Below, piece by piece: positions 22,956 through 34,593 of a stretch of DNA of 64,000 bases. A program made the translations under genes and the position numbers. This stretch comes from Naegleria gruberi (Eukaryota): the NCBI GenBank assembly GCA_000004985.1, contig GG738864.1; one strand, written 5' to 3'. Numbering within the stretch: the first letter of the stretch is position 1; each line of letters opens with the position of its first letter. Below the pieces are notes generated by a model, which worked only from the letters and a program-made list of their open reading frames with translations, made no database searches and was not told where the DNA came from.

Positions 22956-23807
22956 TTATTGTGCAAATTTTACAACTTGATCAAAGTCAATTCCATGTTC
23001 AGAAACATCATGACTTGGAAAGAATTTCTCCACCTTATCTTTCATTGAATTAACCAATTTCTTTGTGAGTTCAATCGATTCCTTAATATTTGGAGATGAT
23101 ATTGATGGTGAAAATTCCAACTTGTTCTTTAAATTCATAATTAAATCTAATTTCCAATATTAAATGTTTACACAAATATAAATGTCCTCTATTTCAATTA
23201 AAAACTTACCACTCCCAATCAAGACTCTATCTTCCTCATGATAAAAACAACAATGACCTGGTGTATGTCCAGGACAATGACAAAATTTCATCTTTCCACA
23301 TTTCTTTTCCTCACTAGCTCCATAAGCATTCATAATTTCAGAATGCGAAATTCCAGGAATTCCCAATGTTGGTTGTCCAATCAATTTCTTTGACATTTTA
23401 AACACCCAATTATCAGATTTTACATTATCAAAATTCGGATGTACCTCTGCCAAAAAATCCACCTCATCTTGATGACATGAAATATGCATCGACTGATCAG
23501 AGAGTTCATACAAGGCACGTGCACTTCCACAATGATCAACATGATAGTGAGTTAGAATGATGGCATCAATTTCCTTTAAAATTGAAAAATTCTTTTCATC
23601 ATTAATTTCCTTGTCGAAGAATTTGGCCAAAGCTTGAATGATTAATTTTTCCGAATTTGGAGGGCCAGCATCGATGAGATAATAACGTGAATTATCTTGA
23701 ACGAGATAGATAGAAACTGGAATGGAAGGGAAGAGAAAATTGGCCTTGTACACTAAATCCAAACGATGAACGTTGTTGGAGAGTTGGTGAAACTCTGGTT
23801 GAGACAT
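22956..23807 (-). CDS. Metallo-beta-lactamase-fold hydrolase; 2 exons
   Basis: Exon 1 23807-23210 carries IILTHYHVDHCGSARAL (HxHxDH) and HCPGHTPGHCCFYHEEDRVLIGSG. A 63-nt intron (23147-23209, GTAAGT..AATTAG, phase 1) precedes exon 2 23146-22956, beginning D-LIMNLKNK... and restoring the conserved GDL motif. Confidence 0.7.
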
Positions 23808-23984
23808 TTTTTTGTAATCTTTATAGGAAAATATTTTGATTTCTTCCGTTCGTACCGATGGAACTTTTTTATTTCAAATGAAACGCAATGAGACACTATC
23901 AAAAATCTTATTTTGATTTTCTTGATTTTTAAATAATTGTAATATTTTCTTACAAAATTCAATCAAAAAAGTAAATTAAAAAAA

Positions 23985-24941
23985 ATGATTCGTCTCAACA
24001 CCAGCACCAGCACTAACAACAACAATAGTACCAATGGCAGTACTCTAGGAGGAGGAGGACTCAACTCATCACCACAACTCCGATATGGTTGTATTTTCAA
24101 TAATAAAATTCATCCACTCCGACAATATTATCAAAACAATCAAATGAATTATGATTTGGAATTGAAGAGAAGTGATGTATTTTCGGAAAGGCTTCATGTA
24201 CATTTGGTGATTCACTTTTTAAGTTTAAATAATATCATTCCGAATGTTACAAGTATTATTTATATTAATGGAAGGTATTATGGTACAATTGATAAGATGA
24301 ATCAGGCTTTGGAAGTTGATTTATTATATGAAAATAGTATTTTTGTATCTATTAAGGAAATGAATACTTTAATATTTAATAGTACTTTTAAAGAGGAAAA
24401 GTTTCAAAGTATTTTGGGAAAATATAAAAATTCATTCTTTGATAATATTAATTTGAATATGGTAAAGAATTATATTAAAAGTGGAAAATTGGGATTGGAA
24501 TATAATGAATTGGACAAGTTTTTAAATGATGAAAATGTTAAATTGAATAATGAAATGAAAAAATTCAAATCAATTATTCAATTACAAACAAGTGATTTGA
24601 CAGATAAACTCAATTATCAAACTAAGAATGCAAGTCCAAAGGGTGCTACTAATGATGAACAATTGGTTGAATGGGCTACTAGGCAATTTAAATTAATAGA
24701 AGATGATATGATGAATAGATACTTGAATATTTTGCAATGTGTGAATATTATGAAACATTTCAATTCAAATATTTTGCCAAATGCTGACCCAAATACTGCC
24801 AAGCAAATTAAACTATTATTTGAACTTATTCAAGACAAATCACTAGATAAGATTTCATCTCCAGAATTGAAAAATCAAAGAAAAGACATTAATTATCTCA
24901 TTTCTGAAAAACTTGAAATTTTGAAAAGAAGTCAAGAATAA
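23985..24941 (+). CDS. Hypothetical Asn-rich protein
   Basis: 318-aa single ORF with A-rich upstream context. No recognisable domain. Low-complexity N-terminus. Confidence 0.45.
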   Translation: MIRLNTSTSTNNNNSTNGSTLGGGGLNSSPQLRYGCIFNNKIHPLRQYYQNNQMNYDLELKRSDVFSERLHVHLVIHFLSLNNIIPNVTSIIYINGRYYGTIDKMNQALEVDLLYENSIFVSIKEMNTLIFNSTFKEEKFQSILGKYKNSFFDNINLNMVKNYIKSGKLGLEYNELDKFLNDENVKLNNEMKKFKSIIQLQTSDLTDKLNYQTKNASPKGATNDEQLVEWATRQFKLIEDDMMNRYLNILQCVNIMKHFNSNILPNADPNTAKQIKLLFELIQDKSLDKISSPELKNQRKDINYLISEKLEILKRSQE

Positions 24942-25112
24942 CATTTCAATAATTAATAAATTATTCATTTGAATTGTTTCCAAGAAACAAGTGCTTTATT
25001 GTCTGGTCAACTAACTAGCTCAATTTAATCATGCACATAATTCAACTCTTGACCAAAAGTGATTTCTAATCATCATAATGCTCATAATTCCAATAAAATT
25101 ACTCTTTAATTA

Positions 25113-25590
25113 TTATTCATTCTTCATAATCATTACTAATCCAGTCATAATAATAGCATATCCAATATACCACTGATAAGTAATAATTTCACCAAACACG
25201 AAAACTCCAAACAAGGAAGTAAAAACAAAATTACTAGCCAAATTAGTAGTTGTTGCTGTGAGTGTTGATAATCCTTTCAATGCTCTATTTGAATCAATGC
25301 AATCAATACACGTTAGTTCAAATAATGAAAACTCACCTCCCCTGAAATACAATCATAAACACTGTCAGTAATATATTCAAACAAAAGAATAAAATCGTTG
25401 ATTCATTACTGGATATCATCTTGCCGCAAACACTTGATAAACTTCCTAAAAATCCAGCAATTATTGCATTTCCAAAATGGAGTGAAATTTTATCATCTTT
25501 TTTCAAAGAAGTCTCTTGTTCTTCCTCCTGTTGTGATGATAATTTTGATTGTGATGTTTGTGTGGATGGTTTATCTTGTTGTGATGACAT
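25113..25590 (-). CDS. Small multi-pass membrane protein (EamA/DMT-like fragment architecture); 2 exons
   Basis: Exon 1 25590-25337 (MSSQQDKPSTQ...ILLTVFMIVFQG). A 52-nt intron (25285-25336) with an AG|GTGAGT donor and CAAATAG acceptor, phase 2. Exon 2 25284-25113 (RALKGLSTLTATTTNLASNFVFTSLFGVFVFGEIITYQWYIGYAIIMTGLVMIMKNE*). Confidence 0.45.
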
Positions 25591-25593
25591 TTT

Positions 25594-27054
25594 TTATTTT
25601 TTGGTTGCTGATTTTCTACGTTCCTCTCTGATCTTGTACTTTACAATGTCTTCATAGGATTTGTATTGTTTGTCACTTCTATTGACCTTATCATCGAGGT
25701 GTTTGGTTCTTTGAACGTACTTGTTTTGCTTTGTCAAGGTACCCATTTGAATTGTGGATATTTTAATGTGCTTCTTTGGAGCAGTTGACTTTGGTGTTGC
25801 TTGTTTGGATTCAGTTTCAAACTCATCATCATCATTGGAGACTTCTTCCTTTGTTGGTTTGTCTTTTGATTTCTTTTCTGGAGTGGCAATTACTTGTGGA
25901 ATTTCAATTTCCTCCTCTTCATATTCGTCTTCCTCTCCACCGAAAATGGCTCCTCGTTCAGTATCATCTCCTTCCTCAAACTCATTAACAGAAATTTCAG
26001 AAAACTTTGAATTTTCTTCCAATAAATCCAATGATGAAGTCACTGTACTGGCAATAAAGTTTCTAATTTCTGGAATACCATGTCCTCTCTTTGCGCTAGA
26101 AAGAATAATGTTTGGAGAAATGTTGACAGTCTTGGTCATCTTTAACTCTTTCAATTCCCTCAAGAGTAAAATTCTCAAACTCTTGATAACTTCTCCCAAT
26201 ACATTGTAATTTTGCTTATCTACTTTCGTCAGAACTATTGTGTATGGAATTTCATTCTTTACCAAATAATGGAAGAATTCCACGTCAGACTTTTTCAATC
26301 CAAGAGTTGGATTTGTTGCATTTTCTGGATTTTTTGCAATAGCATCTGCAAAATCCTTGATTCTTCTCACATCCAACAACCATAAAGTAATTAAATACTT
26401 GTCATAATTCATCCTATGTTTAAAATAATCTCTAATTAAAACATGCCATCCTCTTAAAAGTGATTTTGGAACTTTAGCGAATCCATAACCTGGCATATCA
26501 ACCAAATATAAATTCAATCTTTTGAGAAGGAAATAATTTAGTGTTTGAGTTCTTCCAGGTGTCTTACTTATTTTCACATCGGTTGCCTTTCCTTTAAATA
26601 TTGATGAAACTAGTGATGATTTTCCGACATTTGACCTTCCAATAATTGCAATTTCAAACTTTTTGTGTGATGTTGTTGGCACTTTATCATAGGATGCCAC
26701 AAATGAATGATCTAGAAAGTAATTATTTCCTATCGAATTTGTCCTATCAATTCCATTCAAAAATTCATTAAATTGAAAACATTTTGAAATAAAATCGGAA
26801 TCTGGAGTCTTGTAATTATTTGCTTTAAAAACATTCCACTCATAATCCTCATTCCTCGTTAAACTATTTGACACACAAGTTTTAAAATTAGCAACCATTT
26901 CCTTCATCATTAAATTGCTCATTGATATCTGAGGATGATGAGTATTGAAACAACCCAACAGATGCTTATTATTCATAAATATTAACTTGGAAACTCTTCT
27001 TGGAACGGAAGAGCACACAGACGAACTCAATCTCTTCATTTTCACTTTTATCAA
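25594..27054 (-). CDS. EngB/YihA-family GTPase (GTPBP8-like, probably organellar) with an acidic/Lys-rich C-terminal tail
   Basis: 486 aa. G1 AIIGRSNVGKSSLVSSIF, G3 LVDMPGYGFAKVP, G4 VLTKVDK. The N-terminal roughly 130 aa may be a targeting/extension region. Confidence 0.75.
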   Translation of the reverse strand: MIKVKMKRLSSSVCSSVPRRVSKLIFMNNKHLLGCFNTHHPQISMSNLMMKEMVANFKTCVSNSLTRNEDYEWNVFKANNYKTPDSDFISKCFQFNEFLNGIDRTNSIGNNYFLDHSFVASYDKVPTTSHKKFEIAIIGRSNVGKSSLVSSIFKGKATDVKISKTPGRTQTLNYFLLKRLNLYLVDMPGYGFAKVPKSLLRGWHVLIRDYFKHRMNYDKYLITLWLLDVRRIKDFADAIAKNPENATNPTLGLKKSDVEFFHYLVKNEIPYTIVLTKVDKQNYNVLGEVIKSLRILLLRELKELKMTKTVNISPNIILSSAKRGHGIPEIRNFIASTVTSSLDLLEENSKFSEISVNEFEEGDDTERGAIFGGEEDEYEEEEIEIPQVIATPEKKSKDKPTKEEVSNDDDEFETESKQATPKSTAPKKHIKISTIQMGTLTKQNKYVQRTKHLDDKVNRSDKQYKSYEDIVKYKIREERRKSATKK

Positions 27055-27394
27055 TATTGTCGTGTTTTATATTTCTCTTGTTCTACCCTGCGTCACTCAC
27101 AGAAGAAAGATTCTTCTATCTAATAGGAATATTTGTCGTTGTTGCCTTCTGTTCTCTTCAACCACAAATGACCCAATGTACAATTTTGGTTGAGGTACTT
27201 GGGTGGTGTTTTTTATTAGACTTGTATTTTATTATATAAAATTAATTAAAAATACAAAAAGTTCTAACAAGAGTGGCTCGAGTTGGATACAACAAAGAAT
27301 CAACTGCCGAAGAATATTATTGCGAGAATTTTATAGTCAAATAGTTTTACTGTTGCTATCCTAGGATTATCATCACAATCACCATCATTATAAA

Positions 27395-27805
27395 ATGCAA
27401 ACTCAAGTACAGGAAAAACCAGTGGAAGATAAGAACGTAGAAGCTGAAGATGACTCATCATCATCCGATGACGAGGAAGAAACCACCAAGGTACCATTGA
27501 AAGAAAGAATTATCAAATATGCCAAAAAGACCAAAAGAGACACAAAATATTTGATTTTCCATAGAACCAAGGGTAGAAGCTATTTCTGTTCAAATACTTG
27601 CGGATTTTGGTGTTCTCAACTTTTCTTCCTGATTTTCCTCTATGTTGTTTTGACTGGATTCTTCCTTGCTTATATGGCTATTGGTTCTGAAATGATGCCA
27701 TTCACATTCTTTTTCTTAAAATACAGAGATCCTAATGATGTACCTGCCCCTCTTGAATCTAGACAATACTTTGGTTCTTCAAACAATACAAACTCCACTA
27801 AATAA
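27395..27805 (+). CDS. Hypothetical single-pass membrane protein with an acidic N-terminus
   Basis: 136 aa. DDSSSSDDEEE tract, then the TM segment LFFLIFLYVVLTGFFLAYMAI. There is a weak resemblance to a Na/K-ATPase beta-subunit N-terminus. This is not relied on. Confidence 0.4.
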   Translation: MQTQVQEKPVEDKNVEAEDDSSSSDDEEETTKVPLKERIIKYAKKTKRDTKYLIFHRTKGRSYFCSNTCGFWCSQLFFLIFLYVVLTGFFLAYMAIGSEMMPFTFFFLKYRDPNDVPAPLESRQYFGSSNNTNSTK

Positions 27806-27828
27806 ACAACTTTATTGAGATAGAAATA

Positions 27829-29845
27829 TTATATGTGGTAGTAGTGACTATTACTGATTCTTTCGTGAGAAAAAATTTGTTTTTCTGCAAGAGCTAATCT
27901 TCTCATTTCACGAATTGGATCAGGCGGAGCAAAATGAATCTTTGGATTTGTAATTTCCTCAATACTTGTTTCTGTATGAGTTTTGGTTGGTTTAGCTCCT
28001 GCAAGAGCAGATGCAACATGTCTCTTACGTAAAATGTCCAACTTGGCTTTTGCAGCTCTATCCTCTTCCACTGCTTTCTGATACATTTCGTCTAATTGAT
28101 TTTTCTCTTCCTGTTTCTTTAACTTTTGAATTAATTTATCTCTCTTGAGAAGAACTTTCTTTGTACTTGTAAGATCAATGTTGTGAACCTTCATTTGCTC
28201 GTCCAAACTTTGTATAACCTCTATGGTATTTGATTCATTCTCTGACATTAGTGATTTCAAAAGGGATTTATCCTTATTTGTCCTATTTGTTAATGAGTCT
28301 GGGTTGACCAAATTATTTTGCAAACCAGCAGAAAATTCAATCAAATCTCTTTCCATCAAATCTTTGTAGTGGAGTGGGTTTTGCTTTTCTAGTTGTTCTA
28401 AAAGGTCCTCGTGTCTAATGGAAATAAGCGGTTCGGTGTACTTCTTATGTCTCTTTGTTCTATCAGAATAGGCTTGGTTTACCAATAAAGTTGGAAGTTG
28501 CATTTGAACTTGAATTTGTTCCAATATATCCTTTGGAACTGAAATATCACTTCTCTTGTCTGCAGACATTACACGGTTGTAGGCTTGGTTTTCATCTTCT
28601 TCCTCTGGATCAATTACTGAATCAGCATCATTAAATGTATTTTCCTCACTAAAATGTTGAACCCTTCCAAAGGATCCAGACTGTGGAGCTTTTCTAGCTA
28701 TTTCTTGGTGCATATTTCTCAGCATATTGACTGTATTGTTGGAAGCAATACTTCTCATTGATTTGGTATGGTTTTGGTTCAATTCAGAGAGCCTCGAAGG
28801 TCTTCCATCTTCGTCATCATCACTGTAATCATCTGTCTTTTTAAGGGCAGTCAAGAAGAAAGACGATTCATCTCCAGTCTTCGATAGCATTGATTGGTTT
28901 TCATCTTCAAATTCATATTCTTCAACTTTTCTCGTTCCATAATACTTAAAATACATTCTTGGATTTTTAGGAAGGGCTAAAGGCGATTGAGAATTGAGTT
29001 CTTTTTCTTCCAAATAGGTGTACAGTTGGGGATATCTTTCAATAAGATTCTTTAAATCTGTTGCCATTTTCAAAACATAATCTGATTCATCGAAAAGATA
29101 GGTATCCCTATCTGTGTCTGTTTGCTTAGCTTTCCATGTTTCTATTTTGAATTAATTGTCAATAACTTTCAAAATACAACTTACCTATATATTCAATAAT
29201 GTACAGACTGACAGTTCTAAATAGGACAATTTCATCACCTAAAAGTTTACCTAATGTTTTAACATCCACAAAACTAGGATCTTTAGGACTGAGAGAACTT
29301 TTTTGACAGATGTTTTTCAAACTCCTCAAACTGTTCTCTCTTTGTTCAATTAATCCCTTAATTCTGAGATCCAACCACCTAATCTCAAATACTCGCATAG
29401 TTTCTTTTGAAATATTCTCGAAATTTTTATGGGCATCATCATTGAAATTTGAATGAGTAAATGTTTCTCTGTGTGCCCAGTTTGTTTCAGAATCTTCCCA
29501 CAATGTTGAGAGAATTCTCTTCTTTGCCTCTAATAATTCCAAAACAGCTGGTGATATCTTTTTTCTTGCTCTATTATGTGAGGAAGTAATTTGTTCCTCT
29601 CTTAAGTGGGAGTTCATAAGATGGTCATCTTCCAAAAACTTTTTCAATCGTTGTTCCATAGCTTGTGATTCCTTATCTATTCCTGCTTTAAAATCATTTT
29701 CAGCCTCCTCTGCTTTCCGATCATTAAGAGAAAACTTTAATAACGAATTGGCTTCATCTACTGTTGTTGAGAATTTTGGTGTATCCTCTTTATGATCATC
29801 ATCTTTCTTGAATGATGGTTTACTTTTTAAAATTCCCTTCTTCAT
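27829..29845 (-). CDS. Hypothetical coiled-coil protein; the ORF-track ORFs 29159-29845 and 27829-29073 are joined by a 43-nt intron
   Basis: ATA G|GTAAGT donor at 29184/29185 and CAAAATAG acceptor (intron 29142-29184), phase 1. This gives ...LYIIEYI|ETWKAKQTDTDRDTYLFDESDYVLKMATDLKNLIERYPQ..., about 670 aa total. Confidence 0.55.
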
Positions 29846-29959
29846 TGCCTCACTGTTTCTCCTTATATAATTCAGTTACTCTTGAGAATGGTAGTGATAA
29901 TGTATTTAGCTCTTTTTTTATTAGTATTACTTCAGTAATTTAAATATTGGCGGCAAAAA

Positions 29960-30577
29960 ATGGATGAAAATACTTTTGTTAGAGAATGTGTAGAGTTGAT
30001 GTCGAGAGACGAAATGAAGAAACAAGGCTGGAATTGGATGGGAGAGTACGCAGAATTAATGACACATATTCATTCTCCACAAATCAATTTTGAAAATATT
30101 TCATCGGCACAATCCGATCATTCTTTTGACAATGAGGAAGATATTGTGGAGGATATTGAAGATGTAACTACCAGCGATACTTCTTGGATAATTAATTCTT
30201 CAAATCAAAATTCTCAAATTTTCTCAATTAGATATCACATTGTTTATAATCAGATATTTAAATGTCCAACACTTTATTTCAATATTTATAATAATAATAA
30301 TGAATTATTATTACCTACTCAACTCATGGAAATATTTCAAAAGATTGGAGAATCTAAAGGACTAATTCCAACTGAAAATTTCAATCCCTATACGTTCATC
30401 ACACAAGGAGAGCATCCAATTCTTGGTACAATTTTCTATTATATCCACCCATGTGAAACTAGAACAGTTATGGAAACTGTTTGCACAAACACTCCAGTCA
30501 ATTATGTTTACACATGGCTTACATTTTTTGGAAAAGTGGTATTGGTAAATACTCCAATAATTACTGAATTTTGTTAA
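29960..30577 (+). CDS. atg10: Autophagy E2-like enzyme Atg10 (candidate)
   Basis: 205 aa. Aromatic-rich N-terminus (GWNWMGEY) and the catalytic motif FYYIHPCETRTVME (HPC active-site Cys) in a protein of Atg10 size. Confidence 0.55.
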   Translation: MDENTFVRECVELMSRDEMKKQGWNWMGEYAELMTHIHSPQINFENISSAQSDHSFDNEEDIVEDIEDVTTSDTSWIINSSNQNSQIFSIRYHIVYNQIFKCPTLYFNIYNNNNELLLPTQLMEIFQKIGESKGLIPTENFNPYTFITQGEHPILGTIFYYIHPCETRTVMETVCTNTPVNYVYTWLTFFGKVVLVNTPIITEFC

Positions 30578-31648
30578 TTCTTTGATGGAGAAATAGTAGA
30601 CTCAATTTCCTCTTCTTCTTGAAGAATGCTCCAAAGAAAGATGCTATAATCACTAGAGGCATCACATGCTAAACCAACTTCATGTAAACTCCAATCAAAT
30701 GTAGTAATAGGTAAAGTATGAGTTTTGTAAGATTTGATACATTCCAATTGTTCCTTTTCTTCCTTTGATTTAAGATGCCATAAATGAAAATAATTATCTG
30801 TACTTGATGTACCAAGAAGTGCTTCATCGTGAGGATTGAATTTGATTTGAGAAACTGCTAAACCATGAGCTTGGTGGCTATGTATTGGCTTTTTCAAAGA
30901 CCTTAAATCCCAAATATAAGCCATACCTTGTTCGTCACCAACTGAGAGCATGAATTCATTATATGGATTAATCGACATGCAGGAAAATATTATGTCATCT
31001 GGTGGTGTAATTGTATAGAGCTTTTTTTGTTCTTGTCTATCCCATAGCTCAATTCTTGTATCTCTGTATTATGTTAATTACCAATAATTATTATTGAGAA
31101 ATTCACTTACAGAGGTGCTGCCAATAAAAGACTTGGGTTTTGAGAATGATAAGTGACACCTAACATTGGAAATGAAGATTCATTGTTTGCGGAAAAGATT
31201 GGCTCACTCTCAGCAATATCCCAAATTGCAAAACTGCTATCTTTACTGCATGAAACAAATTCATTTCCATTAAATGGCGACACACTAACATCCTCTACAC
31301 TCATATTGTGATGTGTATATCTTTTGATTGGTTTTCTCAATTCATTCAAAGTCCATAATCTTAAAATTGGATCTGTGTGGCCAGTAATTAAAAAAGAATC
31401 ATAATGAGAAGTTTCCGAAACACAAACACCACCAGTATCCAATCCTACACTTTGAATTTCATCTAATTGTCCAACACTTGATAATCTCCAATAATTTAAT
31501 TGACCAACACTTAATTTGATTAGTATCCAAATAAATCAACCTACTATTTAGTTTCAAATGTATCGGAAGTTATTCCTATCAAACCCTTCTCATCAAACTT
31601 TGAAAATTTTAAATCGGAACAAATAAACTCAGTCTCCAATCGAAGCAT
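30574..31648 (-). CDS. WD40-repeat protein (at least 3 exons; 5' exon uncertain)
   Basis: Terminal exon 31063-30574 (…LDTRIELWDRQEQKKLYTITPPDDIIFSCMSINPYNEFMLSVGDEQGMAYIWDLRSL...). A 47-nt intron 31064-31110 (CT|GTAAGT..AATACAG, phase 2). Middle exon 31509-31111 (…SVGQLNYWRLSSVGQLDEIQSVGLDTGGVCVSETSHYDSFLITGHTDPILRLWTL...). A candidate first exon starts at ATG 31648, joined through a non-consensus GTTTGA donor. The 3' end overlaps atg10 by 4 nt (convergent). Confidence 0.55.
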
Positions 31649-31943
31649 TTTTTGATAATTTAATTGTGATGATTGTATTTTCTTTTAATATTTAATTCAT
31701 ATAGAGTAGAACCATTGTGTTTTAATTGAAATAACCTTTCATAATTTTGACGATACAAAATGAAGAGTGATTGGTGTATTCTTCATCACCGCACAGTTGT
31801 TATCATCTTCAGCCCTTGCTATTCAATTCTAAAATTACAAAAAAAATAACATCCCATCATCGATTAATACATCGATCATTTTGATTGTTATTAAAATCAT
31901 CATCTCTTTTTAAAAAAGATTTCATATTAGTTTTAAAACACGC

Positions 31944-34532
31944 ATGAAACGTAGTGGTAACAACAATCTGAGTAGTTTAAGTTCAGTTAGTGGTAGCAAT
32001 AACATTGGAAATAGAAAGCCTTTTAATAAAGTGAATGTACCAAAGCCTGTAAATCTTCCAATTGCTGGCAATACCTCTGGTACAATCACTTCAAACAGCA
32101 CCACAACAACAAACACAACTCTAAACAATAGTAATATTGCAACAAGTACAAATCCAGGACCAACTTTGACTGGAAATAACTCGACTACATCAACTCTAAA
32201 TAATGCTAATTCTACTCCAAATAATGCAGGTAATGCTTGGAATACAAGACAATTACAATCATCTTGGTTTCAACATAACCCATCTTCTTCGAACGTTGAA
32301 TCATCAAGTACAGATCCGATTAACGTGAGTCAATCTGATAATAGCAAGCCTACCACCATTAATACAACTCCATCTTTGCCTGTAAGATCAACCCGTACAC
32401 CAATTACACCAACAAAGGATACAAATAATAATAATTCGGCTTCATTGACACCACAAACAACAGCAAATAGTAATAACGAGGAAACTAGCCATCATGAAAA
32501 AAAGCAAACAAATCCAGCAGCTACAACTCATGCTGGACACGACAGTAACTGGGGTGAAATTTATGATGATGATGATGATTTTTATGATTCGGATCTAGAA
32601 GAACTCATAGAAAAGGAAAATAAGACAAATGCTCCAACACAAGCCAAGACTAAGAAACAGAAATATTTGGAAAAGAAGAAGCTTCTCAGAGAACAACAAA
32701 TGATTGCTGAAAAGTCAAACAAATCCGAACATAGTGAACCTAAAACTGTTTCCACTCCTTCCAATACCTCTAATTCTACTCCTTCCAATACATCCCCTCA
32801 AAATTCATTACCATCTTCTCCTCCTTGTTTGAATTTTGCTGATACAATAGAAGAAGAACAACAAATAGAAGAAATAGAAGAAATAGAGCAAACAGAACAA
32901 ACAGAACAAACAGAACAAACAGAGCATACAGAGCAAATAGAAGAACAACACATAGAAAATCCAGTTCATAATTCTCCTCCTTCTCCTCAAGAAGAGGTTC
33001 CTAAACAACATACCGAACCTCAACATCAAACATCAATTCTTCCAAAGAATACCCCTGTTACTTCTCATCGACCACCATCTTTTTTCTCTATTGGACGTAT
33101 TCCAAAGGAAAATACCAGACCTTCTCATCCACTTTCCACTCATCCAATTCATACCACCGATAACCATGTACCAAAAATACTTCCTGCCGAACCTCAACAA
33201 GATACCACCAAGCCAAAAGAAGAACTTATTAAAACAATTAAAGAGCAAGAGGTTTTGTTAAATGAAACTGCTGAAAGAAGAAGAAGAGAAAAAGAGGAGG
33301 AAGAAGATAGAATCGAAAGAGAAAGAAAGGAAAGGGCTCTTTCAAAATTAAAGGAATTAGAAAAAAAGCTTGCCGAGAAAAAACCATCAGTTCCAGAACC
33401 AGTTGCCCAACCAATAGAAAATACTCAACCTGTTGTTGCTGAAACATCGAACACTGAACCAACCAGCTTCAGTAGTCAACAAAACTCAAATGGAGTTAAA
33501 ATTCTCAAATCTCATAACAATGGGGGTCATTCTACTAGAGGAAATCATCATGGAAGAGGAGGTTCAACTCATAAAACTCAAAGACCAACAAGTGAACAAC
33601 CTCCAAAGGTTCAACATGAAAAAGTTGAGGAAAAATCCATAACAGATACTGACAACAATTGGAGAAGTTCAAATGTCAAGTTGACAAAACCACCATTTGG
33701 ACTTCCTCAAACTATGACAAGAGAAGCAACTAATACTACAGCTACTACCCATTCACAGGAAGGTAATGCCCACAACAATTCTGGAGGTAGAGGAGGACAC
33801 TCAACAAGAGGAAGGCCAAACACAAGAGGTGGTCATACTAATCGTAATCCTAGAAAACAAGTTGATAATGAAAATAGTGTTCCAAAATCATCATCTGAAT
33901 CAAATTCAGCAATTGATCTCAGTAATATACTTAAAAATATTAATCCAAACGAGGCAAAGAATAAGATTTCATTTGGTATGTTTGATGACGAACCAAAAGT
34001 TTCACAATTGAACAATGCTCCTCAACCTGCAACAACTCATCCAGAGAATTCAGCAAATCCAAGACCTGAGAGACCTCACACTGGTAAACAATCTCATCAC
34101 CGTGAACATCAACACAAGAGAAATAATCCAGTCCAAGCGAACAATACTGAGCCAGTCCCTAACACTACAACTAGGCAACCACATCAAAACAAGCCTCCAA
34201 GACAAAAACATAATGATAACCGAAACAATGAAAATCAAGCTCATCCAAGACCAAGACGTAATCAAGAATTTGTCAAAACTGCCAATCATGAAGAGGTAAA
34301 ATCAGTCCCTGCCGATAGTGCACCTGACCAAAAAGAAACTCAATCAACCACTGGTAGTGATATTCAAGCAGGTGAAAATCAAAGAATGAATGGATCACAA
34401 CGTTCTAATAATAATAGAAGAGGTAATCATCATAATGGTACTCCAAGAAATCATCATCATGAAAAGCACACTCCTAAAAGTAGAATTTGTTTTGTTAAGG
34501 TAGATAATACAACCACCACCAGTCAAGAGTAA
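31944..34532 (+). CDS. Large low-complexity (Asn/Thr/Ser/Gln/Glu-rich) protein with an internal (EQT)n repeat; probably nuclear
   Basis: 862-aa uninterrupted ORF. EQTEQTEQTEQTEHTEQIEEQ repeat, RRRREKEEEEDRIERERKER charged coiled segment, GRGGHSTRGR repeats. Confidence 0.5.
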   Translation: MKRSGNNNLSSLSSVSGSNNIGNRKPFNKVNVPKPVNLPIAGNTSGTITSNSTTTTNTTLNNSNIATSTNPGPTLTGNNSTTSTLNNANSTPNNAGNAWNTRQLQSSWFQHNPSSSNVESSSTDPINVSQSDNSKPTTINTTPSLPVRSTRTPITPTKDTNNNNSASLTPQTTANSNNEETSHHEKKQTNPAATTHAGHDSNWGEIYDDDDDFYDSDLEELIEKENKTNAPTQAKTKKQKYLEKKKLLREQQMIAEKSNKSEHSEPKTVSTPSNTSNSTPSNTSPQNSLPSSPPCLNFADTIEEEQQIEEIEEIEQTEQTEQTEQTEHTEQIEEQHIENPVHNSPPSPQEEVPKQHTEPQHQTSILPKNTPVTSHRPPSFFSIGRIPKENTRPSHPLSTHPIHTTDNHVPKILPAEPQQDTTKPKEELIKTIKEQEVLLNETAERRRREKEEEEDRIERERKERALSKLKELEKKLAEKKPSVPEPVAQPIENTQPVVAETSNTEPTSFSSQQNSNGVKILKSHNNGGHSTRGNHHGRGGSTHKTQRPTSEQPPKVQHEKVEEKSITDTDNNWRSSNVKLTKPPFGLPQTMTREATNTTATTHSQEGNAHNNSGGRGGHSTRGRPNTRGGHTNRNPRKQVDNENSVPKSSSESNSAIDLSNILKNINPNEAKNKISFGMFDDEPKVSQLNNAPQPATTHPENSANPRPERPHTGKQSHHREHQHKRNNPVQANNTEPVPNTTTRQPHQNKPPRQKHNDNRNNENQAHPRPRRNQEFVKTANHEEVKSVPADSAPDQKETQSTTGSDIQAGENQRMNGSQRSNNNRRGNHHNGTPRNHHHEKHTPKSRICFVKVDNTTTTSQE
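32886..32940 (+). repeat. In-frame tandem hexanucleotide repeat (GAACAAACA)n encoding (EQT)n
   Basis: gaacaaacagaacaaacagaacaaacagagcatacagagcaa at about 32891-32935, inside the 31944-34532 CDS. Confidence 0.6.
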
Positions 34533-34593
34533 TTTCAAATTGGCGCCTAAAGTTTCCCTCCAATAAATTAAACGTAAAAATTTAAAAAAAAGA

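Noticed and set aside
23753-23962. 69-aa minus ORF upstream of the MBL-fold gene
   Set aside because: It overlaps the 5' end/UTR of the MBL gene in another frame. It is K/I-rich A/T-run translation and is not supported.
27395-27805. Calling the 136-aa TM protein a Na/K-ATPase beta subunit
   Set aside because: Only the juxtamembrane segment is vaguely similar. The protein lacks the large extracellular domain.
32582-34289. A series of minus- and plus-strand 60-90-aa ORFs inside the 31944-34532 gene
   Set aside because: They are antisense or off-frame translations of a long low-complexity CDS. They are F/L/C-rich mirror products.
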